NCBI GenBank assembly: GCA_964496765.1
Contig: CAZCAP010000006.1
Coordinates: 6,959 to 38,958 of the forward strand
DNA length: 32,000 nucleotides
Direction: 5' to 3'
From: an uncultured archaeon
GTDB taxonomy: Archaea; Iainarchaeota; Iainarchaeia; Iainarchaeales; CSSED10-239
The notes under the pieces are model-generated. The model saw only the letters and a program-made list of their open reading frames with translations, was not told the DNA's origin and made no database searches. Shown in pieces: positions 10,639-19,398 of this stretch (position 1 is its first letter; every line of letters begins with the position of its first letter). Position numbers and translations under genes: made by a program.

Positions 10639-11319
10639 TTATGTAAAAAATATTGATTTTGGTAGAAACAAAATAATTGCACTTAAAATAAATGTAACAA
10701 TTATTGTAACAAACATTACTGTTGAAATGTTTATTGGTGTTTTTTTATATGCTTCATGATTATCTTTAATTGCTTCTTCGTGGAACATGTATGACATCCC
10801 AACTAGGATAGCAACATTAATTATCATATAAATAGGCATGAAAAATTTTATGTGATCAGTAAACATCATAACTGTTATCATGGGGCCCATTGTTCCACCC
10901 ATAATTCCAGACATCATTCCCTGAAGTGCACCCATTGTTGTTTTTGAGTGAAGACCTGACCAAAATCCAATTCCTACTCCTATTATGGTCCCCACCATGG
11001 CTCCAATAAAGAAACCATTGGTAATCCCAATAACTGCTCCAATCATCATTCCTGCCTGCATTCCAAGTGTCATTCCAATCATCATTCCAGTCATACAATT
11101 GATTTTTACTTTGTATGCTAAAAAATGCCAGGTGCTACCAGTGAGAAATGCAATACTGATATTTAAATACAAGAACCAGAGAGCATATCTAATCATTATT
11201 CCTGTATTTTTTAAAAACACAAAATGAATCCCAATTTCAATTATTGAGGCAACTATAAATGTTAGTAGGATAATCAATACAGCTCTTTTTTCGATTTCAA
11301 AATTATTGTTTTCGCTCAA
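10639..11319 (-). CDS. Met/Gly-rich polytopic membrane protein (copper-cluster associated)
   Basis: 226-aa ORF. Its TM helices are packed with Met (MTGMMIGMTLGMQAGMMIG; MGALQGMMSGIMGGTMGPMITVMMF). It lies 2 nt downstream of copZ on the same strand. Confidence 0.6.
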   Translation of the reverse strand: MSENNNFEIEKRAVLIILLTFIVASIIEIGIHFVFLKNTGIMIRYALWFLYLNISIAFLTGSTWHFLAYKVKINCMTGMMIGMTLGMQAGMMIGAVIGITNGFFIGAMVGTIIGVGIGFWSGLHSKTTMGALQGMMSGIMGGTMGPMITVMMFTDHIKFFMPIYMIINVAILVGMSYMFHEEAIKDNHEAYKKTPINISTVMFVTIIVTFILSAIILFLPKSIFFT

Positions 11320-11321
11320 AT

Positions 11322-11525
11322 TTATTTCACCCTATAACCTTTGTCTCTTATAATCTCTTTTATTTTAAGTTCATTAATTTTATTTTCATCAAATGATATT
11401 TTCACAATTCCATTAGCTGAAGACACATTAACCTCAGAGACTCCATTCTTTTCAAGAAGTCCTTCTTTAATTAAATACTCACAGCTTTTACAATGCATTC
11501 CTTTCACATCAAACTCTACATCCAT
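11322..11525 (-). CDS. copZ: copper chaperone, HMA domain
   Basis: GMHCKSCEYLI metal-binding motif with a ferredoxin-like ~67-aa domain. I prefer the ATG at 11525 because GGTGA (11531-11535, minus strand) lies 5 nt upstream. Confidence 0.85.
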   Translation of the reverse strand: MDVEFDVKGMHCKSCEYLIKEGLLEKNGVSEVNVSSANGIVKISFDENKINELKIKEIIRDKGYRVK

Positions 11526-11586
11526 TTTAATCACCTTTTTTTTATAACTAATCAATTAATTCCTAGTAGGCTTAATCAGAAACCGC

Positions 11587-11593
11587 TTATATA
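11587..11593 (-). promoter_or_regulatory. TATA-like box (TATATAA on the minus strand) upstream of copZ
   Basis: Reads CCTATATAAG on the minus strand, ~65 nt upstream of the copZ ATG. The AT-rich background limits specificity. Confidence 0.3.
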
Positions 11594-11601
11594 GGTACTT
11601 G

Positions 11602-11615
11602 TGAAACTAGTTTCA
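11602..11615. promoter_or_regulatory. perfect 14-bp palindrome TGAAACTAGTTTCA, candidate operator
   Basis: The sequence is self-complementary (TGAAACT/AGTTTCA). It sits immediately upstream of the TATA-like box of the copZ-copA transcription unit. Confidence 0.4.
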
Positions 11616-11672
11616 TGAATAGATTAGAATAGGATGTGTAAAATTAGGTGAAATAAAGAAAAAAAATAAATA

Positions 11673-12182
11673 TTAATTTTTTAAAACAATAATATTTGTC
11701 ATTCCTCTTCTTTTTCTTTCAATCAATTCTTTGAATTCAAGCTTATCAAGAATTCTGCTGATCTTAACCTTTGTAAAACCAGTTTTTGAAAGTAGATCTG
11801 ATTGATAAATTGAACCCTTATTTGCAATAATTTTTTCAAGAACCAGTTTTTCATCAATTGCAAGCTCAGAAAGTATTTTTGTATAATCCATTTTGGGTGT
11901 TTTGTTTGATTTTTTTTCTTTTATTCTTTTGATTTCCACTTTGGTTATTATCTTTTCCTCCCACCCAAAGAAAATCAGATAAATTCCAATCAGAATAACA
12001 ATGATCATAATTCCTATACTAATGTTTGTTTGAAAATTAATTGTATCCCACATGGTACAACTAGAACCATGTGTACAGGAGTCAGTGACAATATCAGTCA
12101 TTGCGTTATTGAATAAATAAATTATTCCTCCAATTAATAGCGCAATAATTATTATTAAAATTCCTACAACTCTGTTTTTCAT
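11673..12182 (-). CDS. membrane-tethered winged-HTH (MarR/TrmB-like) transcriptional regulator
   Basis: Two N-terminal TM helices flank a short loop, DSCTHGSSCTMWD. The C-terminal wHTH reads SIYQSDLLSKTGFTKVKISRILDKLEFKELIERKRRGMTNIIVL. Confidence 0.7.
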   Translation of the reverse strand: MKNRVVGILIIIIALLIGGIIYLFNNAMTDIVTDSCTHGSSCTMWDTINFQTNISIGIMIIVILIGIYLIFFGWEEKIITKVEIKRIKEKKSNKTPKMDYTKILSELAIDEKLVLEKIIANKGSIYQSDLLSKTGFTKVKISRILDKLEFKELIERKRRGMTNIIVLKN

Positions 12183-12204
12183 AAATATTCTTTACTCCTA
12201 AAAT

Positions 12205-15063
12205 CTATTCAACAAGTATTCCTGGTCTTCCAGGACTTGCAACTCTTGCTTTTGGATTATCAAAATCCTCTGCTTTCTTAATTGAAATATCACAATTAAA
12301 TATATTTTCAAGGAAACCTTCTATATCCTTATAGAAAGCAAATTCCTCTTTTTGGGTTGTAATTACATCAGTAACTGGATTCTTCATTAACCTAGTTATT
12401 GTTTTTGAAATATCCTCTTTATGCTCCTCATAGCGGGAGATGAAAAGGGACACTAACTGTCCAACATTCTTTGTTGTTTTTAATTCCTCAATTAATTCTT
12501 TATAAAATTTATATTTCCAGTCATCGGAAACAAATAGGGTAACTTTACTCACTTTTTCAAGATTAGCCATTTTAATTACTGTTCTAATTTCACCAGCTAG
12601 ATCATCAATCTTCTTCTCTGCTTCAACTAAACCAAAATCAATCTTTATCTCATCAATCTCAGGAAAATGAGAACTAATCACAAGATCATCATAGCCAAGT
12701 AAACTATTTAGTTCTTCAGCCATGTGCGGAGTAAACAAACCCATTGTTTTTATCCATTTATGTAATATTTTCTTGAATATGTTTTTATTATTTCCTCCTC
12801 TTCTCTGATACCAAACTAAATCATTATAAAAATTAAAATAAATTTCATCGGTTGCAACCTTAAACTCAATCTTTTCCATTGCCTGGGTAATGGTGTTTAA
12901 TCTTATATTGAAAATAGATTCCAACCACAAATCAAGTTTGTCCTCTTTCTTATCCATTAGATCCTTATTTTCTAATATGGACTCAACAAAACCAAATATT
13001 TTTTCAAGTCTTGTTTTATAAATTAATAGATCATCCTCTTCAAAGGATATGTTAGAAAAAGGAGATGCTACATTTGCATAGAATAGTCTGATTGCATCAA
13101 TTGAATATTTCTTTGCTTCTCTTCCAATTGATCCAACTCCACCTTTTGATTTAGATATCTTTCCTGTTTTTGAAACAACCCACCAATTAACAAATATTCC
13201 CTGTGGGTAATATTTTTCTGGTAGAAGAGCAACGTGATTCATTAGAAAAGTTGGGAAATGAACTGTTTGATGCTCCTGTCCTCCTAGATTAATATCAAGT
13301 GGGTACCAATAATCAACATCTTTTCTTATTTTTTCTAGAAGTTCTATTGAAACTCCTGTATCTTTAGAAATTTTATTTATATCTCCTTTTTCAATGAAAA
13401 CAAAATCAAAGAATTCTTCTGTTAATTGTTCAACCTTAAGTTCTCCCCTATTTACATATAATGAAACTAAATAATAGATAGGATACAATGTGCTATCTGA
13501 TATTGGCTCAATCACATAGCTGTCATCAAATGGTAATTTAGTTCCGAGCCATCTTCCTTGACGAGCACAAGCCCTATCATCAAACCAATTTAAAATGTTT
13601 GAAAGGTTATGCTTAAACTGCTCAGGAAGAATGTTCATTTCTTTTGTGTGATTAAGTGTTTTCTTTGTTAATTCCTCATCAGAATATTTAATAAACCATT
13701 GATCAACAATTCTTTTAATTATAACTTGCTCTCCGCATCTACAGAGAACTTCTTCAGATAAGTCATAAAACAAATAGGCTTGATTATTTTTAATTAATTC
13801 ATCTTTAATTTTATCTTTTACGGCCTCAACTTTTTGATTAGCAAACTCTTCACAATTGTCTTTCATAATTCCTGTATGAAAACCGATCTTATAAATTTCT
13901 TTTTTTGCTTCCTCAAGCTTTTCTTCATCCTTTTGGGATCTAATGTTTAATCTTTCACAAATTTCCTTTGCTGGATAGTCCCCATACCCTTTAGATTTAA
14001 TAATTGAGATTAATTTTATGTTTTTAATATCTGAATAATTAAGCCCATATTTCTTACACTCAAGTTCAGACGTTTGTAAATCATAGAGCCCCATATAATC
14101 AGAGGGTGCATCAGATGGAACGCTTGTAACAATTCCAGTTCCAATCTTTGGATCACAAAAACTTGATGGAAGAATAATTATATCTCTATTTATTTTTGGG
14201 GAGGTTACATATTTACCTACTAGTTCCTTTCCTTTTACTGTTCCAATGATTTTTGTATCATCTTTTTGATATTTTAGTTTTTCTGCAAACTCCTGTGAAC
14301 CAATCCAAACTTCATTTCCCACTTGGATTTTAACATAATCATTATAATAATCAAGCCATATGTTTGTTTGACCAAAAATGGTTTCTGGTCTTAGAGTAGC
14401 AACAACAATAAACTGATTATCCTTTTCAAATTTTAATTTAAGAAGAGTGTATTCATTTTTTTCTGCAGTTCCACCTTTAGATAGATCCATTTCTGATGGA
14501 TCAACAGCAACTGGCCCACACTTAACACAGGCAGTTGCAAAATATGGTTTTTGAATTAATAGCTTTTGCTCATTAAGTTTTTTAAATTGCCATTCAATAA
14601 ATTTATTATAATCTGGATAGGTGGTTACAGTAAATCTTCTATCATCCACAATGAAACCATAATCTTTATAGTCTTGTATATATTTTTCTGAGAAATAGGA
14701 AACAAATCCTTCGGGAGTTGAAATTTTTTTAAGATCATTGTCACTAAGGCCTCTATCCCTATAGTATTCAATGGCTTCTTGATCTCCTTCCTTTACCTTT
14801 TGTGCTTTAGCAACAGCACCATTTCCTGATGCGTGTCCACCAGCAGGCATAAGAACATTGTATCCTCTCATTCTTTTGTATCTTGAGATTGCATCAGCAT
14901 AGGAATATCCTCTCATATGTCCAACATGTTGGAATCCAGAAACAGTTAGATAAGCCCAGATAATGAAATACTTAGGTTTATTTATATCTATTTCTGAGCA
15001 ATTAACTTTAGATTCTTCCCAGGTTTTTTGCCATTTTTTTTCAAAATCTTTGTAGTTGTACAT
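12205..15063 (-). CDS. leuS: leucyl-tRNA synthetase, archaeal/eukaryal type
   Basis: HIGH-type motif HVGHMRGY, KMSKS-type motif KISKSKG, ~950 aa. I prefer the ATG at 15063 (MYNYKDFEKKWQ..., GTGAT SD-like 3 nt upstream) over the track start at 15114. Confidence 0.93.
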   Translation of the reverse strand: MYNYKDFEKKWQKTWEESKVNCSEIDINKPKYFIIWAYLTVSGFQHVGHMRGYSYADAISRYKRMRGYNVLMPAGGHASGNGAVAKAQKVKEGDQEAIEYYRDRGLSDNDLKKISTPEGFVSYFSEKYIQDYKDYGFIVDDRRFTVTTYPDYNKFIEWQFKKLNEQKLLIQKPYFATACVKCGPVAVDPSEMDLSKGGTAEKNEYTLLKLKFEKDNQFIVVATLRPETIFGQTNIWLDYYNDYVKIQVGNEVWIGSQEFAEKLKYQKDDTKIIGTVKGKELVGKYVTSPKINRDIIILPSSFCDPKIGTGIVTSVPSDAPSDYMGLYDLQTSELECKKYGLNYSDIKNIKLISIIKSKGYGDYPAKEICERLNIRSQKDEEKLEEAKKEIYKIGFHTGIMKDNCEEFANQKVEAVKDKIKDELIKNNQAYLFYDLSEEVLCRCGEQVIIKRIVDQWFIKYSDEELTKKTLNHTKEMNILPEQFKHNLSNILNWFDDRACARQGRWLGTKLPFDDSYVIEPISDSTLYPIYYLVSLYVNRGELKVEQLTEEFFDFVFIEKGDINKISKDTGVSIELLEKIRKDVDYWYPLDINLGGQEHQTVHFPTFLMNHVALLPEKYYPQGIFVNWWVVSKTGKISKSKGGVGSIGREAKKYSIDAIRLFYANVASPFSNISFEEDDLLIYKTRLEKIFGFVESILENKDLMDKKEDKLDLWLESIFNIRLNTITQAMEKIEFKVATDEIYFNFYNDLVWYQRRGGNNKNIFKKILHKWIKTMGLFTPHMAEELNSLLGYDDLVISSHFPEIDEIKIDFGLVEAEKKIDDLAGEIRTVIKMANLEKVSKVTLFVSDDWKYKFYKELIEELKTTKNVGQLVSLFISRYEEHKEDISKTITRLMKNPVTDVITTQKEEFAFYKDIEGFLENIFNCDISIKKAEDFDNPKARVASPGRPGILVE

Positions 15064-15161
15064 AAAATCACAAATATTTATAATAGATACATTATATTTT
15101 ATGTTAAAATACATATAAAAATAGTATTGTATCCTAAAAAAATGAGAAATTGAATATTAAG

Positions 15162-15233
15162 CGCCCTGGGCGAGAGTCGGACTCGCCCCGCAACCTTGAC
15201 AGGGTCGCATCCTAACCGATAGACTACCAGGGC
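15162..15233 (-). tRNA. tRNA-Asp (GUC)
   Basis: Hand-folded cloverleaf: acceptor GCCCTGG/CCAGGGC, D-loop with GG, anticodon arm CGACC-CTGTCAA-GGTTG, T-arm GCGAG-TCCGACT-CTCGC, discriminator G. 72 nt, no encoded CCA. It is a GC-rich island. Confidence 0.85.
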
Positions 15234-15298
15234 ACATATTCCCTTTTTATAAAAAAGAGTTTATTTACTTATATAATTAACCACAAAAACATTTATAT

Positions 15299-15898
15299 TT
15301 ATATCTTGACCTTCTTTTTCAAATAAATCCAACCAATTACTAGAACAATTACAAAGATTAATATAAGTAATATTAGGTTATAAGATTTCACTATTGTTTC
15401 AGATACCTGCTCACCAATAAAATATCCAAGACTTGTTAAAAATAAACACCAGATACCTGCTCCTAGACCAGTATATAAAATAAATTTCTTTAGATCCATT
15501 TTTGCAAACCCAGCAGGAAGAGAAATGTATTGTCTAACCAGAGGAATTAGTCTACCAATAAATGTGGTTTTCCCTCCATGTTTTATAAAATAATCATCAA
15601 TCTTCAGAAGAGATTCTTTCTTTATAAAAAACATTTTGGAATGAGATAGTAAATATTCTCTTCCAAAGTATCTTGCAATAGTATAATTGATTCCTGCTCC
15701 TAGAAGAGAACCAGCTATTGCAATTATTATAATTATCCAAAAATTAAATTGCCCTGTTGATGCTAGGTACCCAGCAGGAATTAATATAACCTCCGAAGGA
15801 AAAGGAATAAATGAACTTTCCAGGGTCATTAATAGGAAAACACCAAAGTAGCCTAAAGTAAACATCAAAGTGTTTAATGATAATAAAATAAAATCCAT
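15299..15898 (-). CDS. dedA: DedA/VTT-family membrane protein
   Basis: Characteristic FPSEVILIPAGYLA and GRLIPLVRQYISLPAG motifs. 199 aa with multiple TMs. Confidence 0.85.
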   Translation of the reverse strand: MDFILLSLNTLMFTLGYFGVFLLMTLESSFIPFPSEVILIPAGYLASTGQFNFWIIIIIAIAGSLLGAGINYTIARYFGREYLLSHSKMFFIKKESLLKIDDYFIKHGGKTTFIGRLIPLVRQYISLPAGFAKMDLKKFILYTGLGAGIWCLFLTSLGYFIGEQVSETIVKSYNLILLILIFVIVLVIGWIYLKKKVKI

Positions 15899-15931
15899 AA
15901 TCTATCTTTTTTTGTTTAATAGTTTTGCTTA

Positions 15932-16609
15932 TTAAATTAACATAGATAAGAAAAAGATTAAAAGGCTTACGGGAAGGAGAATTAATAAATAAATGATTGC
16001 TTTTTTCCTATTATCCTCTAAAATGGATAAATATATTGAAGAAATTATAATATATTCAACAATATAGATGATTACACAATAATAGGTAATGGAATATAAA
16101 GAAATACCAACTGTTTCACTAATCTCAGGAACAGATGTTTTTAAGCTCTTAATTAGAGAGATTACAATTCCAAGTATACCAGGAACAATCAAACTACTAG
16201 AGAAGAGAATGGTGTACTTCTGCATAAGAAGATTTGAGTTTCGTTCATCAAGAACCTGCTTGGTTTTAATAAAATTATCAGCAACAGACTTATAGTCAGA
16301 AAAGGAAATGGTTCCACTTGTTGTAGATAAATAGATTAAATCTAGGAATCTATTTAGTATCTCTGAATTATATTTCCTTTTTAAAATATCAAACAACTCT
16401 TTAGGTTTGTGGCCTTTATTTATTTTTAATAGAATATCTGTAAAGTTTCTAGAAATTATTTTATTTCTTGATTTAGAGAGTTTTTCAAGAATTATTTTTA
16501 AATCATTACTCTTGGGAATGGAAGAAAGCTTAAGTATTTCATCAACCAATGCATTTTCTAATTTTCTTCTCTCAAGAGAAAAATAATATTTTTCAAATAA
16601 ATTAAACAT
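15932..16609 (-). CDS. half-size T2SSF-like platform protein (FlaJ/TadC-like)
   Basis: N-terminal ~130-aa helical cytoplasmic domain followed by C-terminal TM helices. The architecture mirrors the upstream gene and it follows the secretion ATPase. Sequence-level assignment is weak. Confidence 0.5.
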   Translation of the reverse strand: MFNLFEKYYFSLERRKLENALVDEILKLSSIPKSNDLKIILEKLSKSRNKIISRNFTDILLKINKGHKPKELFDILKRKYNSEILNRFLDLIYLSTTSGTISFSDYKSVADNFIKTKQVLDERNSNLLMQKYTILFSSSLIVPGILGIVISLIKSLKTSVPEISETVGISLYSITYYCVIIYIVEYIIISSIYLSILEDNRKKAIIYLLILLPVSLLIFFLSMLI

Positions 16610-16627
16610 ATTTATTTATTTCACTTC

Positions 16628-17371
16628 CTATAGAGGATTATTGGATCTTATTACTAATAGCAGCAACATATCAATTAACGGGAAAAGTACGATTGTAATA
16701 AACACAATTGTAATTGGAGAAAAACTAAGTTCGAGAAAATTACTTCCCACCAATAAAAACATTAGAAACATGGATGGAATGATTGCTGAAAAAACAATAA
16801 ACAATAATGTTAATAAATTTAATTTAGTTGAGAATCTCCTAACCATTTGGGTTTGATTTTCAAAAATGGTGTCAGATAATGTTTTTAGAGAATACTCCTT
16901 ATTCCTGACTCCTGAATCCATAATATCTTCAATTTGATAAAAAACTCTTTCAAGTTCAGGATAACTTGAGGACACTGAAAACAAGGCATCCTGTAAATTA
17001 AAACCATGATTTCTAACCAAATACAAAGCTTCTCCAATCAATCTCCCAATCTCACTATTATCACACCTTGATTCAAGCGCAATCTTGAGCGGAATATTCT
17101 TTGAAAGATCAGTTGCTAAATTATTTAAAAAGAAGGGAAGTTCCTGTTGTATTTTTTTTCTTCTGGTTTCTAAAACTATTTTTTTATTAAAAAAAGTTAT
17201 TGAAAAGAAAATTATAAATGAAAGAATAAATATATAAATTAAATTATTAAATGATAATTCAAATAAACTATAATCCACAAGCTTGTATATAAGAAACAAC
17301 GAAAGAAAGAGAACACAATAGAGAATTAAGTTCTTTCTTGAAAAAATCTCTTCAATAATCTTTGGCATCAT
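16628..17371 (-). CDS. half-size T2SSF-like platform protein (FlaJ/TadB-like)
   Basis: Two TMs, a cytoplasmic helical domain (ELPFFLNNLATDLSKNIPLKIALES...), then C-terminal TMs. Its start overlaps the ATPase stop by 4 nt (ATGA coupling). Confidence 0.65.
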   Translation of the reverse strand: MMPKIIEEIFSRKNLILYCVLFLSLFLIYKLVDYSLFELSFNNLIYIFILSFIIFFSITFFNKKIVLETRRKKIQQELPFFLNNLATDLSKNIPLKIALESRCDNSEIGRLIGEALYLVRNHGFNLQDALFSVSSSYPELERVFYQIEDIMDSGVRNKEYSLKTLSDTIFENQTQMVRRFSTKLNLLTLLFIVFSAIIPSMFLMFLLVGSNFLELSFSPITIVFITIVLFPLIDMLLLLVIRSNNPL

Positions 17372-19248
17372 TTACGTTTATCTCCCTTAGCACTCATGGT
17401 TTGAATGAAAAATGAAAGAACATCCTCTGGGGAGGGGGTGGTGGTTTTGGAAGCACACTTGTCCAAGAAATATAGCAAGCTTTTATTTTGTTTTTTAAAT
17501 AGTTTATTTAATTCCAGTTGATTTTTAACTCCAAAAGCAATTCTAAATTTATCAAACAATTTTTTGGAAGTTCCAACCTTTACAAGCTTATCTTTATTTA
17601 TATCAAATTCAAATAATCTATTTAATACAGGCTTATTATTTTCAAAGATAACTTCACAAATCTCAGTTACATTTCTTAGATCTGATACCTTACCTTTATT
17701 ATATTTATTATATCTTCTTTGAACAATAATTAAATCAATAACTCCTAAATCATTCTCAATAACACCATAGGAAACTAATCTTAAAAGTGCTTCCTTTGCA
17801 CTTTGAGAATGGAAAGTGGTATAGGTTCCCTTTGCTTGCCCACAGAGCATAGAATCAATTATCGCTTTTGATTCATCCCTTGATCTCACTTCTCCAATAA
17901 CAACCCTATCGGGTCTCATCCTAAGTGTATTAATAACTAGAGAATCAAGAGTAACTCCCAAATCAGGATTAACAAGAGTAAATATCTTGTGCTCATGGGG
18001 TATGTTTATTTCTCTAACCTCTTCAACCACAACAAACCTTTCATCAGGTGGAATAAAAGAAAGAAGAGCATTAAGAGTTGTGGTCTTCCCAGAACCTGTA
18101 TTCCCAACAACAAACACATTTGAATCAGTTAAAAAAGCCAGAGATAAAAATGAAAGCGCATCAATGGACAACGTGTTTCTTTTAATTAAATCAATAATAG
18201 TAAATGGCTTTTCTGAGAATTTTCTAATTGTAACACACACACTTTCAGTAATTGGTGAAATTATTGCATTCATTCTAGACGCACCAATGGTTGCATCCAA
18301 AAGTGGATTCTTCAAAGTTATATACTTATTGGTTTCCCAGGATAATTTATTAATTAAATCTTTAATTATTTTAGAAGACGTATATACTAAGTTTGTTTCA
18401 AGCCACCCAAAGATTCTATGATACACAAAGACTGGTTTGTTTTCTCCAATTATTGAGATTTCTTCTAGACTATCATCCACAAGTAGGTTTGATAGAGGCC
18501 CATAGTCATAGAGATTACCATAGGCAATCAAAAGAATATAATTGAATTGATCAGATTCCAGTTCTATCTTTTCTCTAAGGCAATAATTAACTAGTGTTTC
18601 TTCAAGTTCGTTTTTTACAATTCCTGGTAGTTTATCAGGAGTATTTATTCTAACCTGTTTTTCATTATCATCTTTAATATCAAACCTATCCCTGTATTCA
18701 TCTATAACAAAATTAATTATTTCAATCTCATCAATTGAGAGAATGGATTCCTCAATAAAATAATATTTTTTATTTGAATCATCTATATATACGTTTTTAG
18801 AAAGGTTTTTTTTATTAAACTCAAATATTCTATAGCCTAGATATTTATTAATTATTTCTAACTCATCACTTTCACTAGTGTCATTAACCAGTTCTAAAAT
18901 ATCTGGATTGTTTTTTAAACAATATCTATTAAATGATTGTTGAGAACATAGATCACACTTATATGCTTTATTCTTTTTAACTACAATTGCATTGTGTGGG
19001 CAAACAGCAATACATTCTAAACATCCAGTACATCTTTCTGGATCAATAGATACAACCCCCTTTGCAGAGAAGTAGATTGCATTTGTTTTGCAGGCACCTA
19101 AACAGGGAGCATCTTCACAATTCTTACAATTAAATACAATTAGAGCATCTCTTACTTTAAATTCATAGGGGCAATTAAGAAATAGGTTTTTATTTTTTCT
19201 CGTAGATAGTACTTTAGCTTTGTCTTCATCTTTAAATTTAATATACAT
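17368..19248 (-). CDS. type II/IV secretion (FlaI/TadA/VirB11-class) ATPase with N-terminal 4Fe-4S ferredoxin-like domain
   Basis: Walker A GNTGSGKTTTLNALL, Asp/Walker B region RPDRVVIGEVRSRDE, His-box TFHSQSA. The N-terminal ~110 aa carry 12 Cys in the patterns CxxCxxxxCxxxC, CxxCxxCxxxCP and CxxCx8C. Confidence 0.85.
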   Translation of the reverse strand: MYIKFKDEDKAKVLSTRKNKNLFLNCPYEFKVRDALIVFNCKNCEDAPCLGACKTNAIYFSAKGVVSIDPERCTGCLECIAVCPHNAIVVKKNKAYKCDLCSQQSFNRYCLKNNPDILELVNDTSESDELEIINKYLGYRIFEFNKKNLSKNVYIDDSNKKYYFIEESILSIDEIEIINFVIDEYRDRFDIKDDNEKQVRINTPDKLPGIVKNELEETLVNYCLREKIELESDQFNYILLIAYGNLYDYGPLSNLLVDDSLEEISIIGENKPVFVYHRIFGWLETNLVYTSSKIIKDLINKLSWETNKYITLKNPLLDATIGASRMNAIISPITESVCVTIRKFSEKPFTIIDLIKRNTLSIDALSFLSLAFLTDSNVFVVGNTGSGKTTTLNALLSFIPPDERFVVVEEVREINIPHEHKIFTLVNPDLGVTLDSLVINTLRMRPDRVVIGEVRSRDESKAIIDSMLCGQAKGTYTTFHSQSAKEALLRLVSYGVIENDLGVIDLIIVQRRYNKYNKGKVSDLRNVTEICEVIFENNKPVLNRLFEFDINKDKLVKVGTSKKLFDKFRIAFGVKNQLELNKLFKKQNKSLLYFLDKCASKTTTPSPEDVLSFFIQTMSAKGDKRK

Positions 19249-19398
19249 CTAGATAAATCACAGATATATTCATGAATAAAATTATTAATATTTGTATTCC
19301 TATAATTAAAAAATAATTAAACTCAAATAAAGATAAAACAATCAAGGATAATTAATATCAAACACGTTTGCCATTGCATTATAGCTTGATTTAAATCT

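Noticed and set aside
10856-11227. ORFs 10856-11098 (W/N/D-rich, MYDWNDDWNDTWN...) and 10985-11227.
   Set aside because: They are alternative-frame or antisense readings of the biased Met/Gly-coding sequence of 10639-11319. The longer membrane-protein frame is the coherent one.
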